NCBI GenBank assembly: GCA_031554275.1
Contig: JAVBKB010000018.1
Span: forward strand, 1-57,563
Source of the DNA: Bacillales bacterium
GTDB lineage: Bacteria > Bacillota > Bacilli > JARBTR01
DNA length: 57,563 nt
Reading direction: 5' to 3'
Shown: piece by piece, positions 28,798 through 38,362 of the stretch
How the letters are laid out: each line of letters begins with the position of its first letter
Position numbering within the stretch: position 1 is the stretch's first letter
Made by a program: the position numbers and the translations under genes
The notes under the pieces: model-generated
What the model saw: only the letters and a program-made list of their open reading frames with translations
Told to the model about the DNA's origin: nothing
Database searches by the model: none

Positions 28798-28968
28798 ATG
28801 TCAGACAAAAAGAAAGTATCTCTTCAAGAGCTGGTGCAGAAGAAGTTAAACGATAAGAAGCAACAGCAAGAGGAAGATAAAGTTTCCTCAAAGCCAACCC
28901 AAACCAAGGGGATGAAAAGCCAACTCGCAAAGAAACCATCAACTACTCGACGCAAAATGGGATCGTAA
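28798..28968 (+). CDS. Small (56-aa) highly basic hydrophilic protein, absent from the ORF track
   Basis: ATG at 28798 follows AAAGGAG with a 7-nt spacer. Product: MSDKKKVSLQELVQKKLNDKKQQQEEDKVSSKPTQTKGMKSQLAKKPSTTRRKMGS. It is followed by a GGGATC..GGTCCC stem plus T7. Confidence 0.5.
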   Translation: MSDKKKVSLQELVQKKLNDKKQQQEEDKVSSKPTQTKGMKSQLAKKPSTTRRKMGS

Positions 28969-29213
28969 TGGTCCCTTTTTTTGTGGATTTTCGCTCTCTC
29001 ACGAAGGTGATTTGAAAAACTTGCCGTGCTAAAGCGCCTGTCCTACTTCGAATTCGAATTCATTCTTACAATTTCTTAGAGCTTCGGGCTCTTTTTTTGT
29101 TTAGCGTGCATTGGAAATACCTCTTACTAATATGTTTATTCGCATTTTCGGGTTTCAAAACCTGCTTTTTGTCTATATTAAAATGTGAATTATTCTAATT
29201 TATGGAGGTTTAT

Positions 29214-30749
29214 ATGACGATTACGTTACCGCAATTCCCAGAATCTTATTGGCTTGCTTCAACCCCAGCCAACTATTATCCAGCATTGGCTGAAGATATC
29301 GAAACCGAAGTCTGCATTATTGGTGGTGGGATTACTGGCATGACGACTGCTTATTTACTAGCGAAGCAGGGTAAAAAAGTTGTACTAGTTGATTCCGATG
29401 TTCTCTTTGCTGGTACTACTGGTAATACAACTGCTAAAGTCACCGCTCAACATGGATTAATTTATGATGAGTTCACAAGGTTTTTTGGATTAGATAAAGC
29501 GAAGCAGTTCTACAAAATGCAGACTGATGCAATCAGTTTGATCAAAAAAACGATTCAGGACTTACAGATAGATTGCGCTTTCACCAGTGAAGATGCCACC
29601 ATTTATACCAATGATGATAAGGAAGTTCAGAAGATCCAAGATGAATTCAAGGCTTATCAAGCTCTCGGTATTGAAGGTGCTTACATTGAGAAAGTGGCTT
29701 TACCAATTGCTTCGAAGGCAGCTGTTGTGATGAAGCAGCAGGGGCAGTTCCATCCTTTGCAGTATCTGGCAAAGCTCCGGGACGCCTTCGTAGAATTGGG
29801 CGGACAAATATTTGAAAGAACAGTTATCACGGACGCTATCGACAAAGGAGGGGTAACTGTCACAACGAAATCGGGCAAGAAAATCAGCTGCCAATTTGCT
29901 GTCATTGCTTCACACTTCCCCTTTGTTGATAAAATGGGCTTCTACTTTGCCAAAATGCATGTAGAGCGATCTTATGTGATCGCGATCAAAACCGACTTTG
30001 CTTATCCTGGTGGTATCTTTATCAATGCGGAGCAGCCTACTCGATCGATTAGACAAGTGAATTACAACGGCGAGAGCTTGTTGTTAGTGGGTGGGGAAAA
30101 TCATATTGCGGCGCGCGGAGAGCAAACAAGCCATCTCTATGAGAACTTAATGCAATATGCGATGGAACACTTTGCACCAACGGAAGTTCGATACAGATGG
30201 TCTGCACAGGATTTGGTATCGACAGATAAGTTGCCATACATTGGTCCGATTACCTCTGGTAACGAGAAAATCTTAGTGGCAACGGGATTCCGCAAATGGG
30301 GTATGACAAACGGAACAGCAGCTGCTCAGATATTGACTGATACAATTATGCGGAGGAAAAATGAATTTTCAGAGCTAGTTTCACCACAACGGTTCCATCC
30401 TGTTCCTTCTATTAAAAACCTTGCAAGCAATTTAGTCGAGATGGCGAAGGAATTAGTGGGCGGCAAATTAGAGAAAATCGATCGTACACCTGAAAGCTTG
30501 GCGATCGATGAGGGTGGTGTCGTAAAGGTTAATGGCAAGAGGGCAGGCGCCTATCGTGATCTTGATGGGAAATTACATTTAGTCGACACCACTTGTACTC
30601 ATATGGGTTGCGAGCTCAATTGGAATAGTGGTGATCGGTCTTGGGACTGCCCCTGCCACGGATCACGCTACAATGTTGCTGGAGAAGTTATGGAAGGCCC
30701 AACGAAGAAACCTTTGAAGAAGGTAGAAATTGAAGGATTGGATGAGTAG
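29214..30749 (+). CDS. FAD-dependent oxidoreductase fused to a C-terminal Rieske [2Fe-2S] domain (YhfW-like)
   Basis: Start moved to MTITLPQ (RBS GGAGG). FAD-binding motif VCIIGGGITGMTTA. Rieske motif CTHMGC...CPCHGSRY. Confidence 0.85.
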   Translation: MTITLPQFPESYWLASTPANYYPALAEDIETEVCIIGGGITGMTTAYLLAKQGKKVVLVDSDVLFAGTTGNTTAKVTAQHGLIYDEFTRFFGLDKAKQFYKMQTDAISLIKKTIQDLQIDCAFTSEDATIYTNDDKEVQKIQDEFKAYQALGIEGAYIEKVALPIASKAAVVMKQQGQFHPLQYLAKLRDAFVELGGQIFERTVITDAIDKGGVTVTTKSGKKISCQFAVIASHFPFVDKMGFYFAKMHVERSYVIAIKTDFAYPGGIFINAEQPTRSIRQVNYNGESLLLVGGENHIAARGEQTSHLYENLMQYAMEHFAPTEVRYRWSAQDLVSTDKLPYIGPITSGNEKILVATGFRKWGMTNGTAAAQILTDTIMRRKNEFSELVSPQRFHPVPSIKNLASNLVEMAKELVGGKLEKIDRTPESLAIDEGGVVKVNGKRAGAYRDLDGKLHLVDTTCTHMGCELNWNSGDRSWDCPCHGSRYNVAGEVMEGPTKKPLKKVEIEGLDE

Positions 30750-31239
30750 CGTTTCACATGAATAGTTTTTACCTGATATGATTCTGTGGTAATACTGCTT
30801 TGCTGACGGGGATGACAAGCAGCTCATAAGCGAGTTGAGTACAATCGCTTGCATGTCATTCTCTGAAACTGCTACTCATCTGTCTTATGCACCACAATAT
30901 TTTGTGGAAAGTTATCGTCACTACAGTTCCAGCTATAGCTGATGAGTCACATTTATCGACTGAGAATTTATTGCTGAGTCAACAATACCACAACACTTGA
31001 AACAATTTCGAAGTGTCCTTAATTCTACTACGCTTTAGTAAAAACTCAGGATTGTGATGACAAACATCTAGCGTACTGCTTTGAGTTTTTCAAGAAGTCC
31101 TTTCGCTTCTTTTTTCAACTTGTCAATGCTACATCAACTGATTTTCTGCTTTCAGAAATAATATTCCTCCCGTTACTTGTGTTTCTCCCTGTTTTTCTTA
31201 TAAAATAAGGACATCGAACAGATTGGAAGGGATTAATAT

Positions 31240-32883
31240 ATGGAACCAAATCATTCAAATTTTATCAGGGACATCATCATCGAGGATCTGAAGTCTGGAA
31301 AACACAAGGAGATTGTTACCCGCTTCCCTCCTGAGCCCAATGGTTATTTACATATTGGTCATGCCAAGGCCATCTGCGTCAGCTTTGGATTGGCAGATGA
31401 ATTTGGTGGGCGCACGAATTTGCGTTTTGATGATACAAACCCTACAAAAGAGGATACAGAGTACGTCGAGGCCATAAAGACAGACGTTAATTGGCTTGGT
31501 TTTGAATGGGATAACCTGTTCTTTGCGTCTGATTATTTTGAGGAAATGTATAATCGAGCAGTTCTTTTAATTAAAAAAGGACTTGCCTATGTCGATGATT
31601 TAACGGCAGAGGAAATCAAAAGCTATCGCGGAAATTTAACGGAGCCTGGAAAGAATAGCCCATATCGTGATCGTCCAATTGATGAAAACTTGGCTTTATT
31701 TGAGCGAATGCGTTCGGGTGAGTTCAAGGATGGGGAGAAGGTTCTTCGTGCCAAGATCGACATGGCCTCTCCCAATATGAATATGCGTGATCCAGCAATT
31801 TATCGCATCGTCCATGCGACTCATCACAATACTGGCGACAAGTGGTGTATCTATCCAATGTATGCATTTGCTCACCCTCTAGAGGATGCTATTGAGGGTG
31901 TCACTCATTCTATTTGCACCTTAGAATTCGAGGATCAACGCCCATTCTACCTTTGGGTAAATGAACATTGTGAAATGCCTGCGCAGCCAATGCAATATGA
32001 GTTCGGAAGATTGAATATTACTAACACAGTGATGAGTAAGCGGAAATTAAAGCAGCTTGTTGACGAAGGATTTGTTGATGGCTGGGACGATCCTCGGATG
32101 CCAACGATTTCAGGACATCGTCGTAAAGGTTACACACCTGAAGCGATTCGAGAATTTATCCATAACGTTGCTGTTGCAAAGACGCAAGGTACAGTCGAGC
32201 AGGAAATGCTCGAACATTTTATCCGTGAGGATTTAAAATTTAAATCTCCCCGAACAATGAGTGTACTCGCGCCACTGAAGGTGATCATCACTAATTATCC
32301 AGAGGGACAAATTGAATGGCTTGAAGCTGAGGTTAACCCTGAGAATCCTGAAATGGGCTCGCATAAGATTCCATTCGGTAGAGAAATCTACATTGAGCAG
32401 GATGACTTCATGGAGAATCCTCCCGATAAGTATTTCAGACTCTTCCCTGGAAATGAGGTTCGCTTGAAGAACGCTTATTTCATTAAATGTGAGAACGTAG
32501 TCAAGGATACCGAGGGTAAAGTGATTGAGATTCACTGTACTTTTGATCCTGAAACAAAGAGTGGCACAGGGTTTACTGGCAGAAAAGTAAAGGGTACAAT
32601 TCATTGGTTAGAGGCTACTCACGCCATCCCTGCTGAGTTTCGATTGTTCGAGCCACTGATTTTGGATGGACAAGATGAGGGTTCCTCATTCCTTGATAAC
32701 GTAAATCCAAACTCCTTACAAATATTGCAAGGGTATATTGGTCTAGATCTGAGCGCATGTAGTGCAGATGACAAGTTCCAATTCTTCCGTCATGGCTACT
32801 TTAACGTTGATGAAAAGTATACTTCCGCTGACAAGAAAGTCTTCAATCGGATCGTTTCTTTGAAAAGCTCTTTCAAGATGTAG
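31240..32883 (+). CDS. glnS: Glutaminyl-tRNA synthetase
   Basis: [44 protein letters not shown] and [11 protein letters not shown] closely track E. coli GlnRS (HIGH and KMSKS motifs). Confidence 0.93.
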   Translation: MEPNHSNFIRDIIIEDLKSGKHKEIVTRFPPEPNGYLHIGHAKAICVSFGLADEFGGRTNLRFDDTNPTKEDTEYVEAIKTDVNWLGFEWDNLFFASDYFEEMYNRAVLLIKKGLAYVDDLTAEEIKSYRGNLTEPGKNSPYRDRPIDENLALFERMRSGEFKDGEKVLRAKIDMASPNMNMRDPAIYRIVHATHHNTGDKWCIYPMYAFAHPLEDAIEGVTHSICTLEFEDQRPFYLWVNEHCEMPAQPMQYEFGRLNITNTVMSKRKLKQLVDEGFVDGWDDPRMPTISGHRRKGYTPEAIREFIHNVAVAKTQGTVEQEMLEHFIREDLKFKSPRTMSVLAPLKVIITNYPEGQIEWLEAEVNPENPEMGSHKIPFGREIYIEQDDFMENPPDKYFRLFPGNEVRLKNAYFIKCENVVKDTEGKVIEIHCTFDPETKSGTGFTGRKVKGTIHWLEATHAIPAEFRLFEPLILDGQDEGSSFLDNVNPNSLQILQGYIGLDLSACSADDKFQFFRHGYFNVDEKYTSADKKVFNRIVSLKSSFKM

Positions 32884-32929
32884 AGTAGTCTTCGATGTAA
32901 ATTCAATAACTCCAAGAAAATTTTTAACC

Positions 32930-32972
32930 AAAAAACAACCACCTGATTTCAGTATCAGACGGTTGTTTTTTT
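32930..32972. terminator. Bidirectional terminator between convergent glnS and the thrC-like gene
   Basis: AAAAAACAACC-ac-CTGAT-ttcagt-ATCAG-ac-GGTTGTTTTTTT. Confidence 0.75.
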
Positions 32973-32987
32973 GACCTATTAGCTTGT

Positions 32988-34094
32988 TCACCCGCTCTTA
33001 ATCCCTGCACCACATAGCGGCATTACAAATGTTTGTGCCTCGCATTCTGGATGTTTCCTAATGTAAGCCAAATAACCAGCATAGTTTGCCGCCGAAGTGA
33101 TTTCAACATAGACACCGTGCTCTGCCATCTCTTTGCGTGCAGCCGAAATACCGATCTCGTCCACCGTCACCATGTCACCCGCAGTTTCTCTGATTGCCCT
33201 TAATATTGCAGCACCACGAGCTGGTGTTGCAATCGCAATCCCTTCAGCCAGTGTTTCACTCGTCTTAGTGACGGCTACTTCAACTTCTCCTGCAAAGAAT
33301 GCTTGCGCAATCGGTGAACAGTTCTCTGCTTGAATCGCAATAATTCTTGGCATCCTATCAATCAGTCCCCAGGCTATCATCTCTTGAAAAGCGATGTAAG
33401 CGCCAAGAAGCAATGTCCCATTGCCAACCGGAATAATGAAAGCATCAGGCAACTGCTGTCCCATTTGTTCATACACTTCATAAAAATATGTCTTGGTTCC
33501 CTCATAGAAGAATGGATTGAAAATATGGCTTGCGTAGAACAATTTGCTCTCTTCAACCTTATTGATTGCAGCGGCAGCAGTGTCTTCTCTTGTGCCAGCA
33601 ACTTTGTGAACAGTAGCGCCATGTGCCTTGATCTGCGCAATCTTCTTCTCCGAAGTTGCTTCTGGAACATAAATATGTGACCGAATTCCTGCTCGGGCAC
33701 CAAAAGCAGCGATTGCAGTACCTGCATTCCCACTACTGTCGGCTACTACTTCTTTCACGCCTAGCTTATTGGCAACTGCGATCAACACCGCTGCTCCACG
33801 ATCTTTAAATGAAAGCGTTGGTCCAAAATATTCTGCTTTGACAAGCAGTTTTGGTGCACCGAATACCAAAGGGAAAATCGGTGTCATCCCTTCGCCCATT
33901 GTAACCTGTTGCCAACTTGTTTCATTAGCATCAAAAGGCAATGCGGCTATGTATTTCCAAAGGGATTGCCCTTTTTGAGAAAAGTCGGGTTTGTTTTTCT
34001 GGTATTCAAGCATAAGAAGCCCTTCACAGCTACATTTCCAAGCATGTGATTCAACTGGATATTCCTTGTGACATTTACTGCAAATGTATTTCAT
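32988..34094 (-). CDS. Threonine-synthase-like PLP-dependent enzyme with an N-terminal zinc ribbon
   Basis: CSKCHKEY...WKCSC. PLP-lysine motif PTLSFKDRGA. SSGNAGTAIAAFGARAGI. Confidence 0.8.
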   Translation of the reverse strand: MKYICSKCHKEYPVESHAWKCSCEGLLMLEYQKNKPDFSQKGQSLWKYIAALPFDANETSWQQVTMGEGMTPIFPLVFGAPKLLVKAEYFGPTLSFKDRGAAVLIAVANKLGVKEVVADSSGNAGTAIAAFGARAGIRSHIYVPEATSEKKIAQIKAHGATVHKVAGTREDTAAAAINKVEESKLFYASHIFNPFFYEGTKTYFYEVYEQMGQQLPDAFIIPVGNGTLLLGAYIAFQEMIAWGLIDRMPRIIAIQAENCSPIAQAFFAGEVEVAVTKTSETLAEGIAIATPARGAAILRAIRETAGDMVTVDEIGISAARKEMAEHGVYVEITSAANYAGYLAYIRKHPECEAQTFVMPLCGAGIKSG

Positions 34095-34205
34095 TAATTT
34101 TCTCCTTTCGAAAAATTTTTTTTATGAAAAAATTTCGTTTCGTCTACGGTGCGCTAAATTGAAATGACAGTCAGTCAAGCGCCTAAGTCACTACTGTTTC
34201 CGCTC

Positions 34206-34616
34206 CTACTCGACAACTGCAATTGCTTCAATTTCAACGAGCATATCAAAGTGGATAGCTGATACTGCAATGATAGAGCGAGCTGGTTTGTATTCACCAA
34301 AGAATTCCGCATAAGCCTCGTTCAAAGCGTCCCAATGTCTAATATCTGAAATGTAGGCTGTGGTCTTTACAAGTTGATTGCGATTGGATCCGAGTTGCTT
34401 TAAGATGCGGTCAATATTGTTGAAAGCAACAGCTGCTTGCGCTTTCATATCCCCAGTGCATTTCTCTCTAGTAATTGGATCAATCGGCAGTTGCCCCGAG
34501 ATATAAACTGCACTTCCTACCTTCGTTGCTGGTGAATAATGTGCATTAATCTTTGCCGCATCCTTAACTTGGATCTGCTCCACATCAATTTTTTCAGAAA
34601 AATCGTTACCATTCAT
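34206..34616 (-). CDS. RidA/YjgF/TdcF-family reactive-intermediate deaminase
   Basis: Start moved to MNGNDFS (RBS GGGGA). YISGQLPIDP...TTAYISDIRHWDALNEAYAEFF...ARSIIAVSAI. Confidence 0.85.
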   Translation of the reverse strand: MNGNDFSEKIDVEQIQVKDAAKINAHYSPATKVGSAVYISGQLPIDPITREKCTGDMKAQAAVAFNNIDRILKQLGSNRNQLVKTTAYISDIRHWDALNEAYAEFFGEYKPARSIIAVSAIHFDMLVEIEAIAVVE

Positions 34617-34711
34617 TTTGATTCCCCATTTCGTAAGGTGACATGGAACGGATTTGTCACCTGAAGTATGCATACTGTCTTTATTTTAACCTATTCTGTA
34701 TGCCTTAATTG

Positions 34712-34740
34712 AAAAAAATAACCAACAATTTGTTGGCTAT
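34712..34740 (-). terminator. Terminator after the NDH-2-like gene
   Basis: Minus strand reads ATAGCCAACAAATTGTTGGTTAT followed by T7. Confidence 0.65.
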
Positions 34741-34849
34741 TTTGTGATCTTTTCTAATTTATTTGATGTACTAATTTGAAATGATTTGTTCAAGTGGATG
34801 TTGCTCTACATATATTTTAGAATTCTGGACCGCTTTCTGATTTTCTTGC

Positions 34850-36049
34850 CTATTTCTTGAAGAACATCTTCATTGTTAACAAAAGTCCATTTGCCTTAAG
34901 AAAGTAGCCATGATCAATCAGCACTTTAAACAAATGGCCGATAAGCCCTTTAACATTATGTCCATATACAAGTCCAGCAGCAACCTTTCCAATTGACATC
35001 ACAGTACCGCGATAGGTGAAATGAAATGGGCTACTTTCGATTTCGCGTAATTGGTTTACTAAATGATACCCCAAATACTCACCTTGTTGAGATGCCAACT
35101 GTGCTGTTTGCGGATAGGGATTCCCTTCTTCGTCGAAGCAAACGCTTGAATCACCAATCACATAGACATCTGCCCACTCCACAACTTCAAGAAATTCCTT
35201 GATTTGCACACGTTTTGTTCTACCCACTTCCGGAAAACCCGCTTCATGAATAATGTTATTTCCCGTGACACCAGTTGCCCAAACCACATTTCGGCTGGCG
35301 ACTTTAGTGCCATCTGCCAAAATAATTCCACTCTCATCAACTGAGGCAATTCGTTGACCAATTGTAACTTCCACACCATGATTGCTTAGATATTCTAGTG
35401 TGTAATCGGTCAATTGTTTTGGAAAAGCAGGTAATATTCTATCTGCTGCTTCGAGACACAGGATCTTAATCTTGTCCTCGGGAATGTTGCATTGTCTCGC
35501 AATGCGCTGTTTCTGATCGATCATTTCTCCTAAGAATTCAAGTCCAGTGAATCCAGCGCCTACACAAGCAATCGTACACCGAGCATCATCCTTATCTTCA
35601 TGCCACGCCAGTAAATTGGCAACCATTTTTTCATAAATAGCTCTTGAAGAGTCTCGAGTTGAAATGAACTGCGCATGCAAATCGACGCCTGGAATCTGAA
35701 AGGTTTGAGGTTCACCACCAAGACATGCAACAAGAATATCGTAACGAATGGATTCCGAAGTTAAGTGAACAGTCTTTTCTTCCTTGTGTATCGACTTCAC
35801 GCGATCTTTGATAAAAGTAATATAGTTTGGATCAATAAGCTCACTTATTTTGACAGAAACAGCTTCATTAGATAACTTTCCAGATGCAATTTCATGTAGC
35901 TTGTAAGTGATGAATTGATAGTCGTTTTCATTAACAAGAACAACTTCTGCTTCCTCAAGATCCAATTTCTTTTGTAGCGTTATTGCAGTCATCATCCCTG
36001 CAAAACCACCACCCAATATGACTATTCTTTTTTTAGCCAATCCAATCAC
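34850..36049 (-). CDS. Type II NADH dehydrogenase-family FAD/NAD(P) oxidoreductase
   Basis: Two Rossmann motifs: RIVILGGGFAGMM and IACVGAGFTGLEF. Confidence 0.8.
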   Translation of the reverse strand: MIGLAKKRIVILGGGFAGMMTAITLQKKLDLEEAEVVLVNENDYQFITYKLHEIASGKLSNEAVSVKISELIDPNYITFIKDRVKSIHKEEKTVHLTSESIRYDILVACLGGEPQTFQIPGVDLHAQFISTRDSSRAIYEKMVANLLAWHEDKDDARCTIACVGAGFTGLEFLGEMIDQKQRIARQCNIPEDKIKILCLEAADRILPAFPKQLTDYTLEYLSNHGVEVTIGQRIASVDESGIILADGTKVASRNVVWATGVTGNNIIHEAGFPEVGRTKRVQIKEFLEVVEWADVYVIGDSSVCFDEEGNPYPQTAQLASQQGEYLGYHLVNQLREIESSPFHFTYRGTVMSIGKVAAGLVYGHNVKGLIGHLFKVLIDHGYFLKANGLLLTMKMFFKK

Positions 36050-36521
36050 CCATCCAATTTTTAAAAAAGTCTCATAAGAAAATCAGTTCGATTGTACAAT
36101 GATTACCTAAATTTCTCAAATTGTTTGGTTGGCAAAATGTTCTACGGTGGTTTTTCGTTAAAATCATCATAAATAATGACTGCTAGCATTCATTAAAGTG
36201 ATGTGAAAGTGATGTATTGTTTTTGGAGAAATTAGGTAGAAAAGAATTAGGTGAGACTCGTAATGTGCACAATTTGCGATTATGCAACAAATCGGGAACT
36301 GCTCCCAGATTAGCCTGTTCGGAGAGATGAAAAAAGCGTGTTGAATACGTCCCATTCGCTTGAAACTTTTCATCCTACATAGCAACAAAAATCGGCGAAA
36401 GCAGATTTTTTCTATACTGTAAGTTGAGGAAATTTGCAACGAAATATTGTGACGACTTTTTCAATACGCTTCTTCTGATTTATCATATTCATATTCGAGC
36501 TTTTTGTAGCTCCGTTAACAG

Positions 36522-37868
36522 TTATTGATCATAATGTGCTGTGTCGATATTCACAAACTTATTGTACTTTTTCACAAAAGCCAATTTCACATCTCCAACT
36601 GGACCATTACGCTGTTTGGCAATGATGATTTCGATAATATCTTTGTTCTCGGTTTCTCGATCGTAGTAATCCTCACGATAGAGGAACGCTACAATATCAG
36701 CATCCTGCTCAATACTTCCGGATTCCCGGATATCAGACATCATTGGCCGCTTATCTTGGCGAGATTCTACACTTCGTGATAACTGTGAAAGTGCAATTAC
36801 TGGCACTTCCAATTCACGCGCAAGTCCTTTCAGAAATCTTGAAATCTCAGAAACTTCTTGTTGCCGGTTTTCCCGTCTTCCACTTCCTTGGATCAGTTGC
36901 AAGTAGTCAATCATGATTAAGTCTAAGCCTTGCTCTTGTTGCAAGCGCCGACATTTAGAGCGAATTTCGCTCACTCTTATACCAGGTGTATCATCAATGA
37001 AAATATTTGTTTTCGACAGCCCTGCTACTGCAAGTGATAGATTTCGCCAATCCTCAGTATCCAAATCTCCAGTACGTAGCTTCTGTGCATCAATATTTCC
37101 TTCAGCTGATAACATCCTCATTATCAACTGCTCTGCGCCCATTTCCAAACTGAAGATGGCTACCTTATAACCTTCTACTTGCTTGGCAACATTTTGTGCT
37201 ATATTCAAGGCGAATGCCGTTTTCCCTACTGAAGGTCTAGCTGCAACAATGATAAGGTCGTTTTTCTGAAAACCAGCCGTTAACTTATCCAACGCATGAT
37301 AGCCAGTTGGCACGCCAGTGACAAGGCCTTTTCTATTGTGGAGCAACTCAATTTTGTCATAGACTTTCAACAGCACTTCATGAATATTTTGAAAGGGTTT
37401 GATGTTCTTTCTTCGAGCAACTTCAAGAACTTTCTTTTCTGTTTCATCTAAGAGCTCTGCAACATCATCTTGCCTCGTATAACTGTTTTGGACGACCTCA
37501 GTTGCAGTAGAAATCAAGCGACGAAGCGTTGATTTCTCAGAAACGATTTCTGCATAATACTCAATATTTGCTGCAGTCGGAACAGAGGCAGCAACTTCTG
37601 CTAAATATGATATGCCTCCAACCTCTTCCAATATGCTCTTCGCTGACAATTCTTCTGAAACTGTGACAAGGTCCAAACCTTTGCCCGTCTCTTGGAGTTT
37701 TTCCATACAAGCAAAAATCCGTTGATGCGCCTGTCGATAGAAATCTTCAGCACCAACGTATTTAATTGCAAGCTCGATAGACCGAGGCTCAAGAAATACT
37801 GCTCCCAATACCGCTTGCTCCGCTTCAATATTTTGAGGAGGCATCAGCCCTGCAAATTGCTCATTCAT
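36522..37868 (-). CDS. dnaB: Replicative DNA helicase (DnaB family; named DnaC in B. subtilis)
   Basis: PPQNIEAEQAVLGAVFL. Walker A ARPSVGKTAFALN. IMIDYLQLI. No intein. Confidence 0.96.
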   Translation of the reverse strand: MNEQFAGLMPPQNIEAEQAVLGAVFLEPRSIELAIKYVGAEDFYRQAHQRIFACMEKLQETGKGLDLVTVSEELSAKSILEEVGGISYLAEVAASVPTAANIEYYAEIVSEKSTLRRLISTATEVVQNSYTRQDDVAELLDETEKKVLEVARRKNIKPFQNIHEVLLKVYDKIELLHNRKGLVTGVPTGYHALDKLTAGFQKNDLIIVAARPSVGKTAFALNIAQNVAKQVEGYKVAIFSLEMGAEQLIMRMLSAEGNIDAQKLRTGDLDTEDWRNLSLAVAGLSKTNIFIDDTPGIRVSEIRSKCRRLQQEQGLDLIMIDYLQLIQGSGRRENRQQEVSEISRFLKGLARELEVPVIALSQLSRSVESRQDKRPMMSDIRESGSIEQDADIVAFLYREDYYDRETENKDIIEIIIAKQRNGPVGDVKLAFVKKYNKFVNIDTAHYDQ

Positions 37869-37911
37869 GGATTAACACCAAACTCTCTTGTTGAATAATT
37901 CGCAAACCAGA

Positions 37912-38361
37912 TCATTTCTGCTCAATAACCTCGACAACAAATTTAGCAGAAACCTCATGGTGAAGTTTCACATGAACATCTGATTTACCAAGAACTCTGA
38001 TCCCTTCATGCGGATCCATTTTTCTTTTATCTAGCTCAAATCCAAACTGCTTCTTCATTTCATCCGCAATTTGTTTGGTAGTAATCGAACCGAATAGTCT
38101 ACCTGCATCACCAGCTTTTGATTCGATCTTTACAACACATTTTTCAATCTTTTCCCTCAGTGCTTTTGATTCAGCTAATTCACCTGCTGCACGCTCGTTA
38201 GCTTTATTTTTCTGAACATCTAGCGATTTCATATTTCCAGCACTGGCTTCCATAGCGTATCCATTTTTGATTAGGAAATTGTTGGCATACCCATCCGCAA
38301 CGGTTTTGATTTCACCCTTCTTGCCAGTTCCTTTAACATCTTTCAAAAAAACGACCTTCAT
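37912..38361 (-). CDS. rplI: 50S ribosomal protein L9
   Basis: Start moved to [30 protein letters not shown]. The ATG directly abuts the gdpP stop. Confidence 0.93.
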   Translation of the reverse strand: MKVVFLKDVKGTGKKGEIKTVADGYANNFLIKNGYAMEASAGNMKSLDVQKNKANERAAGELAESKALREKIEKCVVKIESKAGDAGRLFGSITTKQIADEMKKQFGFELDKRKMDPHEGIRVLGKSDVHVKLHHEVSAKFVVEVIEQK

Positions 38362-38362
38362 A

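Noticed and set aside
30939-30967. CTGATGAG-GTC...GAC-TGAGAA resembling a hammerhead ribozyme core
   Set aside because: After stem II the sequence reads TGAGAAT, not the required CGAAA, and no convincing stems I/III or cleavage-site context exist.
30750-31239. T-box or other riboswitch upstream of glnS
   Set aside because: No AGGGTGGTACCGCG-like T-box sequence or specifier architecture was found on reading both strands. Only weak hairpins are present.
36167-36439. 90-aa minus-strand ORF in the helicase/NDH-2 gap
   Set aside because: It is Cys/His/Phe/Ile-rich with no RBS and no recognisable motif, so it is probably non-coding. A 16-codon ORF (MCTICDYATNRELLPD) with an AGGTGA RBS on the plus strand was also noted, but it is too short to support.
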